From IMG/VR virus record IMGVR_UViG_3300024187_000011, positions 1 to 45,052 of that record: a DNA stretch of 45,052 nt, one strand, 5' to 3'. The translations under genes and the position numbers were made by a program. The notes below the pieces were generated by a model, which saw only the letters and a list, made by a program, of their open reading frames with translations, made no database searches and had not been told where the DNA came from. Position 1 is the first letter of the stretch. Every line of letters begins with the position of its first letter. This DNA comes from a virus. Taxonomy: Duplodnaviria; Caudoviricetes. Positions 1 through 8,230 of the stretch are shown one piece after another.

Positions 1-13
1 TTCGATTCGTCTC
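1..13. repeat. Terminal direct repeat (copy 1), circularisation overlap
   Basis: TTCGATTCGTCTC at 1-13 is identical to 45040-45052. Confidence 0.9.
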
Positions 14-554
14 GAAAGCGTTTCCAGTACTCCGCGGGCTTCCCGTACTTGCCGGTCGTGTCAGCTTTGTTGATAGCGAACTGCGGTTCGAACTGCCGAC
101 CTCCCCTGGACGGAAGCCGGTCGAAGTCTGGCCGGCGTTGCGCGTCTTCCGCGGATATCCAGCGGTAGCGATACTTCGACTCCCGGCTGTTGCAGCTCCC
201 CGACGCTTCGCCCATCAGCCGATCTCCGCGCCACAGTTGGCAGGTGTACCGATAGAAGAACAGCGCTTCGGTCTGGTCGGTTCCCCAGTCTTCGATGATC
301 TTCTCAGCCACGTATCGCGGCGCGAGTCCGAACAGCGAGCAGAGCTTTTCGGCGCCCGGCTTCAGCAGTTCCGGCTTCCCATAGCCCGGTAAGCTGCCAT
401 AGTCCAGCCCGTCGACCATCACCTTGGCGATGAAGGCGTTGAGTTGTTCCTTGCGCTCGATCGCCTGCTGTACGTTCAGGATCGGCTGGAAGTCTTGCGC
501 CGCGACTTCGCGGGCCTGCACAGTTAAGATTGCTTGCGATGCATCGGACATCAT
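1..554 (-). CDS. N-terminal part of putative single-strand annealing/recombination protein; runs off the left end and continues at the right end
   Basis: Own translation MMSDASQAIL...DYGSLPGYGKPELLKPGAEKLCSLFGL...FFYRYTCQL...GSCNSRESKYRYRW...; open to position 1; ATGA overlap with upstream gene; C-terminal half motif lies at 44476-45052. Confidence 0.7.
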   Translation of the reverse strand, partial: MMSDASQAILTVQAREVAAQDFQPILNVQQAIERKEQLNAFIAKVMVDGLDYGSLPGYGKPELLKPGAEKLCSLFGLAPRYVAEKIIEDWGTDQTEALFFYRYTCQLWRGDRLMGEASGSCNSRESKYRYRWISAEDAQRRPDFDRLPSRGGRQFEPQFAINKADTTGKYGKPAEYWKRFRDES

Positions 555-817
555 GCCGCTCCGTATGCTTCGGTCGCTGTTGTGACATCGGCGATCGAGT
601 TGCTGTCAGTGACCTGGCGCCACACTTCAAATCCATTTCCACCGGGATAGATTTGCACGATGATTCGCGGGCAACCGGGATTTTCGCGCCGCTGCAACAT
701 CTCGAACCTGTGCCCACCGTCTTCCCAGGATTGCAGCGAACGCCAGCCACGACAATGCAGGTCAGAGATAAACGCGCGAGCTTGCGCATCGCGATCAACT
801 TTCTTGGTTGCTGCCAT
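551..817 (-). CDS. Hypothetical protein
   Basis: 88 aa ORF with GAGGA RBS, stop overlaps next start. Confidence 0.7.
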   Translation of the reverse strand: MAATKKVDRDAQARAFISDLHCRGWRSLQSWEDGGHRFEMLQRRENPGCPRIIVQIYPGGNGFEVWRQVTDSNSIADVTTATEAYGAA

Positions 818-920
818 GTTATCCTCGTTTCGTTATTTGATTCGGACACCCCGGGCCTGCGGGGTTAGGCTCCCACAAGCCCGGTCACTCTCGGCCGCTC
901 CCCTACAAATGGGCCGATAC

Positions 921-1103
921 TCAGCGATGCGGTATTACGTCGGTCAGCTTGTCGCATGACTCGCAACGCGCTACCCGCATCAAACCACTTTCGCGAAGCG
1001 CTGGCATTGCAGCCGCGCACGCGGAACACAACATCCGCGGTTCATCCAACGGCTCCAGCAGCCAATCGTAGTCGGTCAAGCTGTCGCCGAAATAATCGCT
1101 CAC
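921..1103 (-). CDS. Small Zn-ribbon-like protein
   Basis: CSAC...CESC; overlaps stop of upstream gene. Confidence 0.55.
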   Translation of the reverse strand: MSDYFGDSLTDYDWLLEPLDEPRMLCSACAAAMPALRESGLMRVARCESCDKLTDVIPHR

Positions 1104-1582
1104 GCTTCACGCTCCACAATCTGCTGAATCATCCGACCGTAGGCCGCTGCCGTGCTCGATCCGGTTCCGCCGTAGCCCCAGCCGCCGCGCACGAACATGC
1201 AGGTAACTTCGCCTTCGACTTCGCCGCCGTGATAGAGCGCTATGTGGTCCGCACTGAACGCGCATTCATCGATGGTCGGAAGCGTTGCCGCGAACTCGCG
1301 GAAGTTTTCGCGCTCTTCGGTCGTCAGCGATCCATCCGGAAGCAAGCGCGGCATGATGTCTTGCCCGTCTGAGAAGACTCCCGCGTTGATCAACTCCAGA
1401 GCGATGTGGCGGTTTTCGGTGCAGGACATCGCGCCCCACCGAAGATCGCGCCGCGAAGAGATGTAGCGCGCGCCGGTCGCTTTCTTGTCGGCTTCGGTCG
1501 TGCGCTCCCACCACAGACGCGCCGCAGTGTCTTCCTCGGGGGTTACGCTCCAGATATCCGTTCGTTCTGCTGTCGTTTCCAT
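1100..1582 (-). CDS. Hypothetical early protein, leaderless
   Basis: 160 aa ORF whose ATG lies 6 nt after the -10 box of the repeated promoter. Confidence 0.75.
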   Translation of the reverse strand: METTAERTDIWSVTPEEDTAARLWWERTTEADKKATGARYISSRRDLRWGAMSCTENRHIALELINAGVFSDGQDIMPRLLPDGSLTTEERENFREFAATLPTIDECAFSADHIALYHGGEVEGEVTCMFVRGGWGYGGTGSSTAAAYGRMIQQIVEREA

Positions 1583-1634
1583 GTAGCAAGTATGCTCCTG
1601 GATATCCGTGGGTTCAATAGTACTTTGACCTTAG
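1583..1634 (-). promoter_or_regulatory. Sigma70-type leaderless promoter with GGATATCC in spacer (copy 1)
   Basis: CTAAGG-N11-TTGAAC-17 nt-CATACT-6 nt-ATG on minus strand. Confidence 0.8.
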
Positions 1635-1649
1635 AAACATACCCAGGTA

Positions 1650-1883
1650 CTAGCTAAGGCGTTTTGCTGGGGGATTGGCTTCGTTGAACTTGGCTTTTGC
1701 GTTCTCAATCGCGAGATATCCAGGGCAACAGTCGCTCAGATCCGCCGTGCACTTGTCGGCATAGCTGTCCAGTTTGGTCTCGCAACGCGCGCAGATCGAT
1801 TGCAACTCGCCCAATTCCTGAACGACAAATGCTAGCTCAGCCTCCAGCCGAGGAGACAGCCGCAAGCCCTTCACCTTCGCCAT
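1650..1883 (-). CDS. Hypothetical Cys-containing protein
   Basis: 77 aa, coupled to upstream gene. Confidence 0.6.
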   Translation of the reverse strand: MAKVKGLRLSPRLEAELAFVVQELGELQSICARCETKLDSYADKCTADLSDCCPGYLAIENAKAKFNEANPPAKRLS

Positions 1884-2164
1884 TACTTGCCCACTCTCGC
1901 GCTGTTCTTCACAATCAAATTCCTCACCAGCGCGGATTTGGATATCCCATGCTTTGAGGCATTCCGGTCAAGCTGGCGATTCAGGGTTACCGGCAGAGAG
2001 ATCAGCACCTTGATCGTCTCGGCCTTCGTCTCCGGAACGTGCATCCGGGTCGGTTTGACGATGTGCTTGCGCGCTTTCTTAATCGCGCCGGCCAGCAGCT
2101 TCACACTCAGCGCCGGCTTCATCTTGCCTTCGCGCATTTTCTTGAGTACTTCGGATCGTTTCAT
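1883..2164 (-). CDS. Ribbon-helix-helix (CopG-like) DNA-binding protein
   Basis: C-terminal KVLISLPVTLNRQLDRNASKHGISKSALVRNLI matches the RHH pattern; GAAGGGG RBS. Confidence 0.7.
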   Translation of the reverse strand: MKRSEVLKKMREGKMKPALSVKLLAGAIKKARKHIVKPTRMHVPETKAETIKVLISLPVTLNRQLDRNASKHGISKSALVRNLIVKNSARVGK

Positions 2165-2263
2165 TTTCCCCTTCCAGTGATGCGGCTAGGTTCGCCGCGA
2201 AGATTCGACAGCTTCTGCATAAGTGGTGCCCCGGATCGGCGTGTGCGTTGCAGGCTGTGCACT

Positions 2264-2680
2264 TCATCGGATGTTGATCTGCTTTCGCATCAGCCCGCTG
2301 GATTTGTACCACTCGACAAAGCCTTCGATGGTTGCCGGGAAGTCGACGCCCGCGATGAGTGTCAGCGCGCCGCGTGCGCGCTCGGCCTGGTGCCAGATTT
2401 GCTGGTGCGATTTTACAGAGGTCGCTTTCTTGAACCGCACGCGTTTCCATTCGATCCACATCACCTGATCAAGCAGTATCACGCGCGAAGTTAAGATGCT
2501 CACCGGGTCGTGCCGCTCGCCTTGGCGATAACGGATGTACAGGTGATCTGCCATTCCCTTTTCCCCGAATCCCTTACCCCACTCACGACGCGATACCGGA
2601 TCGGTGCGCAGCGCCCGCCAACCATCCAACTCCAGCATCTGCGTGCAGGTCTGCTGAATCTGCGCCTCGGTCGGTTTCAT
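2264..2680 (-). CDS. VRR-NUC-like PD-(D/E)xK nuclease / putative Holliday junction resolvase
   Basis: TEAQIQ...GEKGMADHL...WIEWKR...SHQQIW...RGALTLI pattern. Confidence 0.65.
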   Translation of the reverse strand: MKPTEAQIQQTCTQMLELDGWRALRTDPVSRREWGKGFGEKGMADHLYIRYRQGERHDPVSILTSRVILLDQVMWIEWKRVRFKKATSVKSHQQIWHQAERARGALTLIAGVDFPATIEGFVEWYKSSGLMRKQINIR

Positions 2681-2859
2681 GACACCAGCACCACAAATAC
2701 AGGATTGTTGCTGTCCGGATATCTGATCTTGGTATCGCGGATTGAGACGGGTTGATAATCCAGTTGGTTGTGCATGTCTGTCGTCTCCAGCACAAGAGGG
2801 AGGTTGCCCCGCATGGCGCGGATGCGCTGCAACTCTTCGATTGCATCATCAATTTTCAT
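2677..2859 (-). CDS. Hypothetical protein
   Basis: MKIDDAIEELQR..., 60 aa, coupled to downstream gene. Confidence 0.55.
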   Translation of the reverse strand: MKIDDAIEELQRIRAMRGNLPLVLETTDMHNQLDYQPVSIRDTKIRYPDSNNPVFVVLVS

Positions 2860-2962
2860 AGCTTGCCCTTGATGCCGAATAAAACGGCCAACTTCACCGC
2901 TATGGCGATCACCATCAGCACCTGCACGGCACGCCTCAAGATGCGATTTATGCACGGCTCCG

Positions 2963-3127
2963 TCATAGCTTCGCGTCAAACTCCACAGTACACTTCAGAG
3001 GAGGCGTTGTTGCAGGCTGCGCAGTCGTCCAGTTCACACGTATCGTGCTCACCTGCATGCCCTGCTTGTACAGGTCCATCAACGCATCTTGAACCGCTGT
3101 TTTGGCTTGCGCCGGGGTCATTGCCAT
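2963..3127 (-). CDS. Hypothetical protein, leaderless
   Basis: MAMTPAQAKT...; preceded by TTGCAA-16-TAGGAT promoter-like sequence containing two RGATATCY copies. Confidence 0.5.
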   Translation of the reverse strand: MAMTPAQAKTAVQDALMDLYKQGMQVSTIRVNWTTAQPATTPPLKCTVEFDAKL

Positions 3128-3174
3128 GCTGGATATCCTATCATGGATATCTACGTTTGCAAGAGCCGGGAGTA

Positions 3175-3582
3175 CTAAACCACGATGAGTTGGTGATCCT
3201 GCGACTGCCACATGATTTCACGTGTGGCCCGGTTTGTGATAACGCATCCCTCGCTCGCGTCGTTCGCAGCGTTGTTTCCATGTACGAGGAACGAATTGGG
3301 ATCGCGCTTCAGCGAGAGGATGTGCGCCCGCGTTGCATCGTCCGGCTTCAGGCGAATCGAATACGGCCCGGTCTTGAGATGCATCAGAACCAATTCCGTT
3401 AAGGTGTAGGTCCCCGCAGGCAGCGGTCCCCCGGCTGTGATCTTGCCGTTGGTCATCGCGCCGTGCTCGCCTTCCTTCGCGGGATTGTTGCGAGCTGCGC
3501 CGTGTCCCGCGTAAGCCATGCCGGTCACGTGGCCCTGCGGTGCGATGATCTTACCAGCGGCGCGTTCAAATTTCCAGGGCAT
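3175..3582 (-). CDS. Tlde1/DUF2778-type L,D-transpeptidase-fold peptidoglycan enzyme (candidate endolysin)
   Basis: YAGHG...NNP...GPLPAGTY...FLVHG...ASEGCV with the His-x-SxGC catalytic motif; start chosen at MPWKF. Confidence 0.75.
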   Translation of the reverse strand: MPWKFERAAGKIIAPQGHVTGMAYAGHGAARNNPAKEGEHGAMTNGKITAGGPLPAGTYTLTELVLMHLKTGPYSIRLKPDDATRAHILSLKRDPNSFLVHGNNAANDASEGCVITNRATREIMWQSQDHQLIVV

Positions 3583-3626
3583 AAAAAAAGGGGGCGAGTC
3601 GAAAGTATTCTGAACCCGCTCGCCCC
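3583..3626 (-). terminator. Terminator-like hairpin plus T7 directly before the Tlde1 start codon
   Basis: GGGGCGAG...CTCGCCCC followed by TTTTTTT then ATG on minus strand. Confidence 0.55.
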
Positions 3627-3678
3627 ACAAGGAGCAATTGACCCGAATAGCGTATCACGAATCGTGTAGAATTGCGCC

Positions 3679-4164
3679 ATGAGATATCCAGGAATCAGGC
3701 TAGTACTTTGGATTGGTGCTCTGTGGCTCTGCTGCGCGATCGCACGTTGCCAGGTTATCAGCATCGACTGCGGATCACCCACGGATACCGCGTTCGTTGG
3801 CGGTACCGCGTACACAGACGCGACCATTGGGAGCCCGCCACTCAACGCCCTGCGTTACGGCGTGCGCTTCTCATACCGCGTCCCGGCGCCACCCGGCGTG
3901 TACCTGGTTAAGTTGTCCTTTGTCGAACCGAACGCGACAGCGGCTGGCCGGCGACTCTTCACTGTGACCATCAACGGCCAAACCTCGGACGCAATCGATC
4001 TTTTCAAAGAAGTGGGGCTGAAGGTCGAGCACGTGATTCAGACGACGGCGATATCGTACTGGGGATTCGTGAAGATCGACTTCGCCGGCGTCATCGGCAA
4101 TGCGGTTGTGACGCAGATCCAACTTGCCAAGTACCCGGTGGATGCGTTCAGAATTGGCTGGTGA
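3679..4164 (+). CDS. Secreted malectin-like carbohydrate-binding protein
   Basis: Hydrophobic signal peptide, then IDCGS...LRYG...FSYRVPAPPGVYLVKLSFVE...GRRLFTVTING...DLFKEVG...NAVVTQI malectin pattern. Confidence 0.75.
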   Translation: MRYPGIRLVLWIGALWLCCAIARCQVISIDCGSPTDTAFVGGTAYTDATIGSPPLNALRYGVRFSYRVPAPPGVYLVKLSFVEPNATAAGRRLFTVTINGQTSDAIDLFKEVGLKVEHVIQTTAISYWGFVKIDFAGVIGNAVVTQIQLAKYPVDAFRIGW

Positions 4165-4373
4165 GGCGCTTTTCTATAACTTTGCAGGCTCGCGCCATCG
4201 CTGCGAAAATGCGCCGCCCGCGAAGACTTCGCCGCTACCGGTGGAAGCCGCGTCCAGAGATCACAACCTGCTGGTGTAAGCGATGCTTCAAATGCCGCAG
4301 GCGCTATTACATGCGCCGCTGGCGTGCTCGCAAGCGATTCGACATCACGCCACTACTGAGTAAGTCAGCCTGA
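4161..4373 (+). CDS. Small Arg-rich protein with CxCxxC motif
   Basis: GTGA overlap with malectin gene, ends just before a hairpin terminator. Confidence 0.45.
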   Translation: MRRFSITLQARAIAAKMRRPRRLRRYRWKPRPEITTCWCKRCFKCRRRYYMRRWRARKRFDITPLLSKSA

Positions 4374-4377
4374 ACGC

Positions 4378-4413
4378 AAAACGACCCCGGATGTTGCGGA
4401 ACATCCGAGGTCG
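4378..4413. terminator. Intrinsic terminator between convergent genes
   Basis: CGACCCCGGATGTT-gcgg-AACATCCGAGGTCG hairpin with a T-run on the minus strand. Confidence 0.7.
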
Positions 4414-4444
4414 ATTGCTGCACGGGGACTGCCCCACAGATTGA

Positions 4445-4951
4445 TTACGGTACGTTCGGATCGATCGGCACGTCCGGTTGTTCAGTTACCGGCCCGGGCG
4501 TCAGAACAACGCTGGCCGCTTGACCGGCTGTTACATTTACCGCCAAGGTTCCGACCAACGGCACAACCCCAGCACCCAAATCCGCATCAGCAGAAAGAGT
4601 GATGGATGCCGAGCCGATCGCACCTACGGCTGCGACAGTTGCCGACATGCCATCCGGAGCCGCCGTCACCTTCAGAACATCGGTGTTGTCTGTCGACCAT
4701 TGAGGCGTCCCGTCTACGGGAGCCGGGTTCCCCTTCTTGTCGACAAAGGCCACTGAAACGCTGAATTGCTGCGTAATCGAGATATCCACTTTTGTTTTCC
4801 TTTCTCCATCCACGTAAAAGATTACTGCGCTCGCTTCGCCCGGCTTCAGCAGACCCAGGATCTCATCGCAGGTATCCTGAAGCGTTTTCAATCGCCTTAT
4901 CGTTTCGATTGAATTTCTAAAGATCGTATAGAGATATCCAAAGAAGTTCAC
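4445..4951 (-). CDS. Ig-like domain protein
   Basis: VAFVDKKGNPAPVDGTPQWSTDNTDVLKVT...DGMSATV...GSASIT bacterial Ig-like pattern. Confidence 0.6.
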   Translation of the reverse strand: MNFFGYLYTIFRNSIETIRRLKTLQDTCDEILGLLKPGEASAVIFYVDGERKTKVDISITQQFSVSVAFVDKKGNPAPVDGTPQWSTDNTDVLKVTAAPDGMSATVAAVGAIGSASITLSADADLGAGVVPLVGTLAVNVTAGQAASVVLTPGPVTEQPDVPIDPNVP

Positions 4952-4955
4952 GGGA

Positions 4956-5138
4956 TCAGAATATCACACGCAGCCCTTTGGGGAAAATGAAAAGCCGCTG
5001 CATCTCTGCAACGGCCCTCTCAACGTCGCGCTGGATCGTAGCCCGATCCGGCGCCCATGTCCCGATGGCCTGCGTGCCCCATGAGCCAGTGGCCCACAGA
5101 CCGCCATGCTTCTCGGAAACGTGGAAGCGAATCGTCAT
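4956..5138 (-). CDS. Hypothetical protein
   Basis: 60 aa ORF in a tightly packed minus-strand run. Confidence 0.5.
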   Translation of the reverse strand: MTIRFHVSEKHGGLWATGSWGTQAIGTWAPDRATIQRDVERAVAEMQRLFIFPKGLRVIF

Positions 5139-5804
5139 CTAATCAACCTTGTCGGCTCGCTCGAATTGCCCGTGCTGCATCAGTTGGAACCGAGCTTCAC
5201 CCGGTGCAGTTTTGCCGACCGGAATCCGGAAGCCGTAGGCGTCGACGCGCACGAGCGCACCGTTGAAGCCCGACGTATCCGATTCGTACTCCGTCTGCTG
5301 GTTCCAGTTCTGCCGTGGGTTGCCGGTCGGCGTCATGCCGGCTGTGATCATCAGCGGATAGGCCGTGGCGTCGATACCGAGGCTGAACCGCGGCCCGCTC
5401 TGCGTCGGATCTTCCACCCACAACTGACGCGGTGGAGCGCCGCCGCCCGCTATATACGCGTCCAGGTCGAATACCGGGAAGTCATCCGGATTCGTAGACT
5501 GCGGCGTGATGCGGTTTTTCTCGACGTCCGGGAGTTTGTAGCCGACGACGTACTTGACGCCCTGCCGCACGCGCTGCGCCATCACAGCATCGACGCCCTC
5601 ATGCCGACCGAGCACCAGCACTTCATCGACCGGGATTCCGTCCAGTGCGCACTGCTCGACCAATTTCAAAACGCGATTGTTCGCGTCGGCTGTGCTCTGA
5701 ATGAGCATGATTTCGGCAACGCGCGGGTGAAGGTATTGCGCCCAGGCGTTGTAAAGGTTACTGCGTTGTGCGCTGTAGAGCGACGGATACGGCTTATAAG
5801 ACAT
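5139..5804 (-). CDS. Hypothetical protein
   Basis: 221 aa, AAGGA RBS, typical codon usage. Confidence 0.75.
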   Translation of the reverse strand: MSYKPYPSLYSAQRSNLYNAWAQYLHPRVAEIMLIQSTADANNRVLKLVEQCALDGIPVDEVLVLGRHEGVDAVMAQRVRQGVKYVVGYKLPDVEKNRITPQSTNPDDFPVFDLDAYIAGGGAPPRQLWVEDPTQSGPRFSLGIDATAYPLMITAGMTPTGNPRQNWNQQTEYESDTSGFNGALVRVDAYGFRIPVGKTAPGEARFQLMQHGQFERADKVD

Positions 5805-5983
5805 TGGTGATCCTTTCCAGTACTGACTTTGCGTTTCAGGATATCCCGGATCTTTTGCGGCGTCAACCTAGCGCCACGATCCACTCGGTATCTTAGAGAA
5901 GATCCTAGCCAGCCGGATACGTGCTGCGGCTTCGCGAATCAGACGAGCGAGTACGGCGTTGCGTTCGTTCACAAGTGCGCTAT

Positions 5984-6295
5984 TCATTTTTTCTCCACTG
6001 GAATGTGAACCAGTTCCAGCGTGTCTCCTTCGTTCATCGTAACCGGCTTGTCGAACAGGACATCGTTGATGCCGGTTATTTGCATCGGCGTGACGATCTG
6101 CAAACGCTGAGTCATTTCCCCGGCCTGCCTGAATGTGATCTGCTGCATGGTCGATAGCTTGGCTCCTCCGTGACGCGGGCATGGTCCGCCGCCGATACGC
6201 TTCGTGTTCCAGAGGCAATTTGGCGTTGGGCAATAATCCTCCGGGTGCTTCGCCTTGTTCGCTGCGACCTTCGCCGCTACTTGTCCGCGATTCAT
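5984..6295 (-). CDS. Hypothetical protein
   Basis: 103 aa, GGAGGGAG RBS. Confidence 0.65.
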   Translation of the reverse strand: MNRGQVAAKVAANKAKHPEDYCPTPNCLWNTKRIGGGPCPRHGGAKLSTMQQITFRQAGEMTQRLQIVTPMQITGINDVLFDKPVTMNEGDTLELVHIPVEKK

Positions 6296-6567
6296 CGTTG
6301 CTCCCTCCGAAAGCGGATCACCGCTTCAATCCACGCGTTATAACATGCGATGCGCCAGAGGCTCCCGGCCTTGGCGAAGCCGCACTTGTAAACCTGCTCA
6401 TCGGCTTGAATGAACTGAGTGCGCGCGATGCGTAACTGCTCACGTGCGGTCATCGTCAAGGTCCTCCATTCTGCGCTCGAACCAGTCAGCGCGTCGGTGA
6501 TCGGTAGACTTTGGGATTGCGCGGATGCCGAACCACAGCGCGATTGCCGCTACCAGAATGAAGAGGA

Positions 6568-6753
6568 TCATATCGTGAACACGTCCACCCGGAAGTGTCC
6601 CTCGTTAACGAACTCGACGCAGTTTGCCGCGAAGATATTGCGTTCGCGAGTAGCGTAGCGCACCAGAACAGTGGCCCGCGAAATACCATCACTGAAAGAG
6701 AATGATCCGGCTACCGGCATCGTTTTTGCTTCGGCGTATGTGATCGGTTGCAT
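6568..6753 (-). CDS. Hypothetical early protein, leaderless
   Basis: ATG 6 nt after the -10 box of the repeated promoter. Confidence 0.65.
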   Translation of the reverse strand: MQPITYAEAKTMPVAGSFSFSDGISRATVLVRYATRERNIFAANCVEFVNEGHFRVDVFTI

Positions 6754-6805
6754 GAACCAATAATGCGCTGGATATCCGCACAGTGCAATCGGTAAATCGC
6801 CTTAG
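6754..6805 (-). promoter_or_regulatory. Sigma70-type leaderless promoter with GGATATCC in spacer (copy 2)
   Basis: CTAAGG-N11-TTGCAC-17 nt-CATTAT-6 nt-ATG. Confidence 0.75.
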
Positions 6806-6815
6806 TGTCCTAGTA

Positions 6816-7145
6816 CTATCGTTTGGATTTGGTGTTGTCTGCGATGCGCCCGCCGATTTCGGCGATCTTCTGATTTACTTCGTTCGCTTCTTTGTAGGCG
6901 TCGTCGGCTTTGGCTGCTGCGATCACAGAGACGGCGGTATTTTCGTCCAGCTTTTCCGTCTGCCGGTCGAGTTTTCCTGCCATCAAATTGCGATGGTCAG
7001 CCGTGAGCTTCGCGGCAAGTTCCCGGTCTGCGCGGTCCTGCTCGCGATCGAGACGCCGCCGCCGTTCATCGAAGTGACTCTTGACGATGTTGCCGAGTAG
7101 CGCGGCTACCGTCGTAATCAAGAGCGCGGTCGTCGTGGCATCCAT
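6816..7145 (-). CDS. Membrane-anchored coiled-coil protein (possibly lysis-associated)
   Basis: N-terminal TM (TALLITTVAALLGNIV) then charged helix; start MDATTT after GATAAT -10-like box. Confidence 0.6.
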   Translation of the reverse strand: MDATTTALLITTVAALLGNIVKSHFDERRRRLDREQDRADRELAAKLTADHRNLMAGKLDRQTEKLDENTAVSVIAAAKADDAYKEANEVNQKIAEIGGRIADNTKSKR

Positions 7146-7164
7146 TCGCGCGATTATCGCACGA

Positions 7165-7317
7165 TCAGGCTGTGACCATCGTGGACAGCACCCACGCTGC
7201 AAGGCCCGCGTTTGTCAGGCTCCATCGGTACGGATTGGGATCGGCACGCTAGGCAGCAGCCACGATGAAGCAAACCAGCGCAAGGCATCTGAGAATGAGG
7301 GACCAAGGTGCGTTCAT
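7165..7317 (-). pseudogene. Small two-TM membrane protein interrupted by an in-frame TAG
   Basis: MNAPWSLILRCLALVCFIVAAA*RADPNPYRWSLTNAGLAAWVLSTMVTA; TAG at 7249-7251. Confidence 0.55.
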
Positions 7318-7388
7318 GCCCCAAGCGTCGCACATTGAAACACCCAGCGCTAGCGGGGTATCCCCCAAATGCTATGCTGTTGGATTCC

Positions 7389-8036
7389 ATGCCCGAGCTG
7401 CTTTACACAGCCTTTGCACTCGCCGCGGGCTCTCTATTCTGGCGATGGTGCCACGTCGGACTGAATCGCGATCACGGATATTGGGCCGGATACCTCGCGC
7501 ACCTTCCCCTCGCAGCTTTCGCATGGGCCTTGCAGCTCTGGGACACCTCCCGCTGGATATCCGTGCTCGGCAACTTTGGCCTGATCTGCTGCGCCTTTGA
7601 AGCTGCGCGAGCCTGCGGGTGGTGGATCATCCCCCAGCTTGAACGCAGATGGGTGCTGGTTTCTGCCGGTGGGGTCGGTCTGTGGATGTCCGCAGCAATC
7701 GCGTCAGTGATCGAAATCCCGAACGATCAGAACTGGACGCACTACCTCATCAAGGCGTGTGCGCCGGCGTGCGCGATCGGCATCATCGTCTCGGCGTGGG
7801 CGTATCAGCGAATCGCAATGGATCGCGGCGCGAACAATTCCCGGAACGCATGGCACGCTTGGTTGCTTGCCGGATACTGCGCACTCAATGTCTTCAATGC
7901 CGTGTTTTATTGGCATCCCAGCGAGCCGGCATGGGCCTTGCAAACCGGAGTGACCGTGACGCTCAAGATCGGTCTGTTTATCTGCTGGTGGTTCAAGGTC
8001 TGCCCGCTCCATCATCGCCGCGCCCTACCAGTTTGA
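7389..8036 (+). CDS. Polytopic (about 7 TM) membrane protein
   Basis: Multiple hydrophobic segments; start MPELL after TGC-TATGCT -10-like box. Confidence 0.75.
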   Translation: MPELLYTAFALAAGSLFWRWCHVGLNRDHGYWAGYLAHLPLAAFAWALQLWDTSRWISVLGNFGLICCAFEAARACGWWIIPQLERRWVLVSAGGVGLWMSAAIASVIEIPNDQNWTHYLIKACAPACAIGIIVSAWAYQRIAMDRGANNSRNAWHAWLLAGYCALNVFNAVFYWHPSEPAWALQTGVTVTLKIGLFICWWFKVCPLHHRRALPV

Positions 8037-8220
8037 GCAGACATCGCTTGAACCGGGTTTTCTTCCTGCGAAGATGAAGTCGCTTTTCGCGTTTCTCGCC
8101 CTCGGTCTTGGCCTTCAATAACCCGAGCGCGGCCGTCGCGAGCCCGATAAGCGAAGTTATCGCGCTGACCGTTTGGCCCCAGACATCCCACCAATTTTTA
8201 TGATCCTGGGGCGCGTCCAT
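7993..8220 (-). CDS. Single-TM protein with basic C-terminus
   Basis: MDAPQDHKNWWDVWG...TM...KREKRLHLRRKK; GGGGAG RBS. Confidence 0.6.
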   Translation of the reverse strand: MDAPQDHKNWWDVWGQTVSAITSLIGLATAALGLLKAKTEGEKREKRLHLRRKKTRFKRCLLKLVGRGDDGAGRP

Positions 8221-8230
8221 GCTCCCCGCG

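Noticed and set aside
851-885. GC-rich hairpin upstream of the 551-817 gene
   Set aside because: Single imperfect stem with no U-tract or recognisable RNA family; not enough to call
7249-7251. Genome-wide TAG recoding (alternative genetic code)
   Set aside because: terL, the tail chaperone and the last tail gene end cleanly at TAG, coding density under the standard code is high and no suppressor tRNA was seen
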